From an uncultured delta proteobacterium (GTDB lineage: Bacteria > Myxococcota_A > Polyangia > Fen-1088): a stretch of 64,000 bases of DNA. The position numbers were made by a program, and so were the translations under genes. How positions within the stretch are numbered: position 1 is the stretch's first letter; every line of letters starts with the position of its first letter. This document shows positions 59,047 to 64,000 of this stretch, piece after piece. The notes under the pieces are model-generated. The model worked only from the letters and a program-made list of their open reading frames with translations, did no database searches and had not been told where the DNA came from. The stretch is taken from assembly GCA_963767925.1 (NCBI GenBank), contig CAVYGB010000008.1, positions 1,408,001-1,472,000 on the forward strand. Direction: 5' to 3'.

Positions 59047-60630
59047 ATGGCACACACCATCGTCGGCGTCGATCTCGGTTCCCACGCGGTCAAGTTCGCG
59101 GTCATCGAGGCGGGGTTCCGCCAGTCGCGCTCCCTGGAGTCCTTCGCCGAGCTGGTCACCCCCGGTGAGACCCCCCTGGCCGAGCGGCAGGGGGAGGCCC
59201 TGCGGCGGGGGCTCGAGCGGCTCGGCCGGGAGGCCACCTTGTACCTGGCCATGCCCGGCGAGCTGCTGACCGTGCGGGTGATGGATCTGCCCTTCTCCGA
59301 TCCCCGCAAGATCGAGCAGGTGGTGGGCTACGAGCTGGAGGGACAGATCGTCAACCCGCTGTCGGAGATGGTGTTCGACCACCAGATCCTGCGCACGCCC
59401 GGCCCCGAGGGGACCGCCGTCATGGCGGTGGCAGCGCGCATCGAGGACGTGGGGGCCTTGCTGGCCGATCTCGGGTCTTACGGGCTGCACCCCCGCAGCC
59501 TCTATCCGGCTCCCCTGGTCTACGACGCCCTCTTGCAGGACGAGGGGGCGGTCGCGGAGGGGACCCTGCCAGCCTGCCGGGTGATCATCGACGTGGGACA
59601 CCTGCGCACCAACGTCTGCGTCCTGCAGGGGAGCGAGGCGGTGTTCGCCCGGACCATCTTGCGGGGTGGGGCCAGCCTCACCGGCGCGATCGCCCAGGCT
59701 TACCACTGCGACGAGGGCGCGGCCGAGGAGCTCAAGCGAAGCGTCGGCCTGGGCGCGGCCCGCCCGGTGGGGCGGACCGACGCCGAGTCGATCGGGGTGG
59801 TGCTGAACCAGGCGCTGGTGCCGCTGCTGCGCGACCTGCGACAGACGCTGGCCAGCGTGCGGGCCCGGGTGCGCACGCCCATCGAGACGGTGCTGCTCAC
59901 CGGCGGCTCGGCCCGGTTGCCGGGGCTGGCCGACTACCTCGGCGAGGAGCTCGGCCTGCCGGTGACGATGTGGGACGGCGGACTGTCCGCCGACCTGCCC
60001 CGGGTCGACGAGGAGCCCACCGCGCCGACCTCGCGCGACATGCGCTTCGCCCTGGCCTCGGCGGTGGCCTGGGCCGGCGCCCGGGGCGGCAAGCAGATCG
60101 ACCTGCGGCGTGGTCCTTTCGTCTACAAGGCCAGCCTGTCGGTCCTGCGGCAAAGGGCGCTGCGCGTGGGGGCGCTCGCGGCGGCGGTGTTGCTCTGCGT
60201 GGCGGTCGACACGACGATGACCCTGGCTCGCCTGCGGGGCGAACGGGACCTGCTGCAGGCCCGGCTCAAGGCCCAGACCCAGGAGCTGTTCGGGGAGCCG
60301 CGGCTCGACGGCCGGCAAGTGGCCACCCTGCTCAAACGAAGCTTCAAGGACGAGATGGCGCCCATCCCCAGGGCCTCGGCCTACGACATCCTCGGCGAGA
60401 TCTCCCGGCGGGCGCCGACCGGCGACGCCATCAAGCTCGACATCACCGAGCTCGACATCAAGCCCAAGAAGATCTTCATCCGGGGCACCGTCGAGTCGTA
60501 CCCCGCGGTCGATGAGCTGCAACAGCGGCTCAGCGAGAGCGAGTGCATCGAAGAGGTCACCAAGGGATCGATCAGCGAGGTCTCGGGGGGGGCGAAGATG
60601 TTCACCCTGACCATCGTCTCCAAGTGCTGA
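59047..60630 (+). CDS. gspL: Type II secretion protein L (PilM-like cytoplasmic domain, TM, periplasmic domain)
   Basis: VGVDLGSHAVK, IIDVGH and LLTGGSARLPGL (actin-like motifs), followed by a TM and a PilN-like region. Confidence 0.88.
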   Translation: MAHTIVGVDLGSHAVKFAVIEAGFRQSRSLESFAELVTPGETPLAERQGEALRRGLERLGREATLYLAMPGELLTVRVMDLPFSDPRKIEQVVGYELEGQIVNPLSEMVFDHQILRTPGPEGTAVMAVAARIEDVGALLADLGSYGLHPRSLYPAPLVYDALLQDEGAVAEGTLPACRVIIDVGHLRTNVCVLQGSEAVFARTILRGGASLTGAIAQAYHCDEGAAEELKRSVGLGAARPVGRTDAESIGVVLNQALVPLLRDLRQTLASVRARVRTPIETVLLTGGSARLPGLADYLGEELGLPVTMWDGGLSADLPRVDEEPTAPTSRDMRFALASAVAWAGARGGKQIDLRRGPFVYKASLSVLRQRALRVGALAAAVLLCVAVDTTMTLARLRGERDLLQARLKAQTQELFGEPRLDGRQVATLLKRSFKDEMAPIPRASAYDILGEISRRAPTGDAIKLDITELDIKPKKIFIRGTVESYPAVDELQQRLSESECIEEVTKGSISEVSGGAKMFTLTIVSKC

Positions 60631-60641
60631 AAGGGAACGGA

Positions 60642-61268
60642 ATGAGCCTACGCACAGCGATGTCGAATGCCTTCCGGCGCCCGGCGGCCATCTTCGCCCG
60701 CGAATGGAACCGTACCGCCCCGCGCGAGCGGCGCCTGGTCGGCATCCTGGGGGGCACCGTGCTGGCCGTGCTGGTGGTCGTGGTGGCGCTGCTCACCGCC
60801 CAGACCGTCGCCGAGATCAAGGAGACCAACGAGGCCGCCCGGGAGGCCCTGGCCGCCATCGCCAAGCACCGCGACGAGTTCCTGGAGGCCAAGGGACGCA
60901 TGCTCGCGCAGGAGGTACGCATCGGCAGCGAGCAGCCCCAGCTCGCCGCCGACCTCGACGCCGCCGCCAGCGAGGCCGGGATCCAGATCCCGGAGAACGT
61001 CCCCCGGGCGTCGGTGCCAGCGGGACGCCGCTTCCTCGAGCACAGCGTGGACGTGACCCTGCGCCAGGTGGATCTGCTGTCGCTCAGCAAGTTCCTCTCC
61101 AAGCTCGAGACCGGCCGGCGCCTCATCGTGATCAGCCGGATGAACATCAAGCGGGTCTTCGGCGAGGGGGAGAAGCTCAACGTCTGGATGACCGCGACCA
61201 CCTACGAGAAGGTGGCGGACACCAAGCGCAAGCCGGCCACCACCCCGGCGCCGCGGGAGCGCACATGA
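60642..61268 (+). CDS. gspM: Type II secretion protein M
   Basis: PRERRLV followed by a TM, and SVDVTLRQVDL..LSKFL..LE. Confidence 0.85.
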   Translation: MSLRTAMSNAFRRPAAIFAREWNRTAPRERRLVGILGGTVLAVLVVVVALLTAQTVAEIKETNEAAREALAAIAKHRDEFLEAKGRMLAQEVRIGSEQPQLAADLDAAASEAGIQIPENVPRASVPAGRRFLEHSVDVTLRQVDLLSLSKFLSKLETGRRLIVISRMNIKRVFGEGEKLNVWMTATTYEKVADTKRKPATTPAPRERT

Positions 61269-62407
61269 GCCCGGATCGCTTCCGGACCATCCGGCGCATC
61301 GTCGGCATGGGGGTCTTCGGCCTGGTGGTGTTCCTCGTGGCCTTCATGATGGCCTTCCCCTACGATCGGGTAAAAGATCAGCTCGTCGCCCTCGCCGCCG
61401 CCCAGAACCTGGACATGGAAGTGGGCTCGACCGGCCCCACCCTCGGGATCGGGGTGGTCATGAAGGACATCACCCTGCGCACCCGGCCCGAAGCGGGCAA
61501 GAAGGGGAGCCTCATCTCGGTCGAGCGGGCCCGCATCGACGTCTCACCCCTGGCCCAGATCCGGGGCGAGCTGGCCTACAACCTGGACGTCCTGGCGCTC
61601 GACGGGCGCATCGAGGCCAGCGAACACGCCGAGAAGACCCGCAGCCGGACCCGGCTAGGGACCCGGGAGATCTCGCTGGCCCAGTTTCCGGGGGTGAAGG
61701 AGGCCATCAACCTCCCCCTGGCGGGCCGGCTGGATATGACCCTCGATCTCACCAAGCCGAACCACCGCAACGGCGAGGCCAGCGGGAGCCTCGACTGGTC
61801 CTGCGCCGGCTGCGCCATCGGCGACGGCAAGGAGAAGCTGAAGATCGCGAGCAACCCCCTGCTGGCCGAGGGGATGAGCTTCCCCCGCATGTCGCTGGGC
61901 GACTTCGCCGGCAAGGTGACCTTCCAGAAGGGGGTGGGGCGCCTGCAGGGCGTGCATTCCCGCTCCCCCGATGGGGAGCTGTTCGTCGAGGGGGAGATCC
62001 GGCTAGCCGATCCGGTGGGGTACTCGTATCTCGACCTCTACGTCCGCTTCAAGCTGTCGGAGGCGCTCCTCAAACGGGCGGACAAGCTCCAGATCCTGCT
62101 CCAGCTCGCCGAGGGCATGGGCAAGCGGAGCGATGGCTTCTACGGCTTTCGCCTCACGGGCTCGTTCGCCCGCCTGAACTCCCTGCAGTGGATGCAGAAC
62201 TCGCCTTTCCCCCCCGCGGGCGCCGGCTTCGGGAGCCGGGCCGAGGCGCCGGCCTCCCCGCCAGTCAAGCGCGCGCTGGCCGCCGCCGCCCGCAAGCTGC
62301 CCCCCCTGGAGGGTGGTGGCCCTCAGGTCGTCGATCCCCTGGCTCCTGCCGCCAACCGCCCCCGCTACGCCACCCAGCCCCGCGCGCTCGAGGCGGCCAC
62401 GCCCTGA
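61265..62407 (+). CDS. gspN: Type II secretion protein N
   Basis: N-terminal TM ending FPYDRV and a beta-rich body; last gene of the operon. Confidence 0.85.
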   Translation: MSPDRFRTIRRIVGMGVFGLVVFLVAFMMAFPYDRVKDQLVALAAAQNLDMEVGSTGPTLGIGVVMKDITLRTRPEAGKKGSLISVERARIDVSPLAQIRGELAYNLDVLALDGRIEASEHAEKTRSRTRLGTREISLAQFPGVKEAINLPLAGRLDMTLDLTKPNHRNGEASGSLDWSCAGCAIGDGKEKLKIASNPLLAEGMSFPRMSLGDFAGKVTFQKGVGRLQGVHSRSPDGELFVEGEIRLADPVGYSYLDLYVRFKLSEALLKRADKLQILLQLAEGMGKRSDGFYGFRLTGSFARLNSLQWMQNSPFPPAGAGFGSRAEAPASPPVKRALAAAARKLPPLEGGGPQVVDPLAPAANRPRYATQPRALEAATP

Positions 62408-62422
62408 GGGACCTCCACCCGT

Positions 62423-63436
62423 TCAGGGGACGAGGCCCATCCGCTTGACCCGATCGCAGAAGGTCGAGCGCGAGATCCCGAGCGCCTGAGCAGCCCGCCG
62501 CCGGCTGCCGCCGTGCTCGCGGAGGGCCCAGCCGAAGATGTGCCGCTCGATCTCCTGGTAGCTCCGGCCGTCCATGCACAGGTGGTCCGGGTCGTCGGGC
62601 GGGACGGGCTCCGCTCCGAACGGGGCCGGGCCCGGATACGTCTGGTCGTCGTCGAGGCAATCGTCATCGAGGCAATCTTGGAGCTCGAGCGCCTCGAGGT
62701 CGATGGCCCCGTCCCCCAGGAGGGCGGCCCGGCGGATGACGTTGCGAAGCTCGCGGACGTTGCCCGGCCAGTCGTAGGTCTGCAGCCGGATCTCCGCCTC
62801 GGCGGTCAGCCAGCGCGGACCAACCTCGGCCACCATTTCGGCGAGGAAACGCTGGGCCAGGGGCAAGATGTCGCCGGGCCGGTGGCGCAGCGGCGGCAGG
62901 CAGATCTCGAACCCCGACAGCCGGTGGTAGAGGTCGACCCGGAAGGTCCCCCCGTGGGCCTCGCTGTACAGATCCCGCAGCGTGAGGGCGACGACCCGCG
63001 TGCGGATGGCGATCTCGCCCCGCCCGCCCACCCGGCGCAGGCGGCCGGTCTCCAGCACCCGGAGCAGCTTTGGCTGGAGGGAAGGGGAGAGCTCGCCGAT
63101 CTCGTCGAGCACCAGGGTCCCCCCATCCGCCTCCTCGAACCAGCCGATGCGGCGGCCGGCCGCTCCGGTGAAGGCCCCCCGTTCGTGTCCGAACAGCTCG
63201 CTCTCCGCCAGCTCGCGGGAGAGGGCGCCGCAGTTCACCGCCACGTAGGGCCCGCTGGCGTGGGGGCCCAGGTCGTGCAGGATCCGGGCGATCAGCTCCT
63301 TGCCCGTCCCGGTCTCGCCCATGACGAGGACCGTGGCCCGGGTCGGGGCGATGCGCCGGGCCCGGTCCACGACCGCGAGCAAGCTGGGCTCGCGGCCGAG
63401 GACCGCCTTCACCGCCGGAGCGTCGATTTCCGACAT
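62423..63436 (-). CDS. sigma54 enhancer-binding protein lacking an N-terminal regulatory domain (AAA+ plus Fis HTH)
   Basis: The AAA+ domain begins ~12 residues after the start. Motifs [37 protein letters not shown] and AAQALGISRST. Confidence 0.93.
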   Translation of the reverse strand: MSEIDAPAVKAVLGREPSLLAVVDRARRIAPTRATVLVMGETGTGKELIARILHDLGPHASGPYVAVNCGALSRELAESELFGHERGAFTGAAGRRIGWFEEADGGTLVLDEIGELSPSLQPKLLRVLETGRLRRVGGRGEIAIRTRVVALTLRDLYSEAHGGTFRVDLYHRLSGFEICLPPLRHRPGDILPLAQRFLAEMVAEVGPRWLTAEAEIRLQTYDWPGNVRELRNVIRRAALLGDGAIDLEALELQDCLDDDCLDDDQTYPGPAPFGAEPVPPDDPDHLCMDGRSYQEIERHIFGWALREHGGSRRRAAQALGISRSTFCDRVKRMGLVP

Positions 63437-63493
63437 GGCGCCGGTATCGGACCGACCCCGCTCCGGTTGCGGGCTATTCCCGCTCCGATCCGA

Positions 63494-63988
63494 TCAGGCG
63501 GCTGCCAGGCTCGGCTCTCGCAGCCAGGCCCGCGGACGCAGCTCCTGCTGCCCCGAGGCCTCCACCCGGAGGACCTTCTCCTCGAACGTCTCCCAGAGGT
63601 CGGGGAAGACCTCCCGATCGATCTGGAACAGGACCATGAAGAAGGGGGTGTGCCCCGGCGGGTTCTGCAGGATCGCCTCCACCTCGCGCCGGACGCCTCC
63701 CGACGAGAGGGTGCCCTTGAGCCGATAGGCTTGCGGGCCCACCGCCTCGACCGACTTCGTCTTGAAGTCGAACAGGTCCTTGCCCGGACGCGCCGGCCGG
63801 TTGCTGGTCACGTCGAAGAGGATCTGCACCGCCGAGGGACCCTGTTCGGCCGCGGTGAGAACGACCGGCATCCATTGCTCGAAACGCCCCGAGAGCAGCA
63901 GATCCGCCCCGGCGATTTGCAGCCGGACCGTCGCAGCCGTCCCGTCCACGGACCTGGGCGTCTCCTCGATTCGTTGCGTTTTCATCAC
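63494..63988 (-). CDS. Hypothetical protein, divergent YceI-like beta-barrel
   Basis: LSGRFEQW...ILFDVTS...FDFKTKSVEAVGPQAYRLKGTLSSGGVRREV...FQIDREVF follows the YceI strand pattern; no signal peptide. Confidence 0.6.
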   Translation of the reverse strand: MMKTQRIEETPRSVDGTAATVRLQIAGADLLLSGRFEQWMPVVLTAAEQGPSAVQILFDVTSNRPARPGKDLFDFKTKSVEAVGPQAYRLKGTLSSGGVRREVEAILQNPPGHTPFFMVLFQIDREVFPDLWETFEEKVLRVEASGQQELRPRAWLREPSLAAA

Positions 63989-64000
63989 GAGATGACTGGA

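Overview
Very GC-rich bacterial DNA (about 70% or more by eye). Gene content points to Myxococcota: giant TPR proteins, a PilM-like GspL, several sigma54 activators and a Myxococcus-type SOS box. Layout: (1) 1-10.75 kb core block with an SgmX-like TPR protein, hemF, a ~2,600-aa TPR protein broken by two single-base frameshifts, and tRNA-Leu(GAG). (2) 10.8-24.7 kb accessory/decay zone directly behind the tRNA: four pseudogenes, RIO1 kinase, F420/NADP oxidoreductase, orphan solute-binding lipoprotein, CBS protein, LuxR regulator, SWIM-SNF2 pair and a small Sm/LSm-like protein. (3) 24.8-46 kb: a second 2,612-aa TPR protein, class II sirtuin, PEGA protein, CAF16-like ABC ATPase, polysaccharide deacetylase lipoprotein, orphan ABC ATPase, HExxH metallopeptidase, SpoIID, TonB and lexA. 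(4) 46.2-64 kb: an NtrC-family activator, a complete gspC-N type II secretion operon, and a convergent receiver-less sigma54 activator with a YceI-like neighbour. No CRISPR array, integrase or transposase was seen. The best non-obvious signals are regulatory: a shared 13-bp palindrome plus sigma54 promoters linking the activator to the T2SS operon, tandem LexA boxes, and sigma54/sigma70 promoters with very short or no leader. I cannot show a wholly new system from sequence alone. The best candidates are the Sm-like protein beside SNF2/SWIM, the YceI plus stand-alone activator pair, and the CAF16/sirtuin cluster. All family assignments are by motif recognition; no database search was run.
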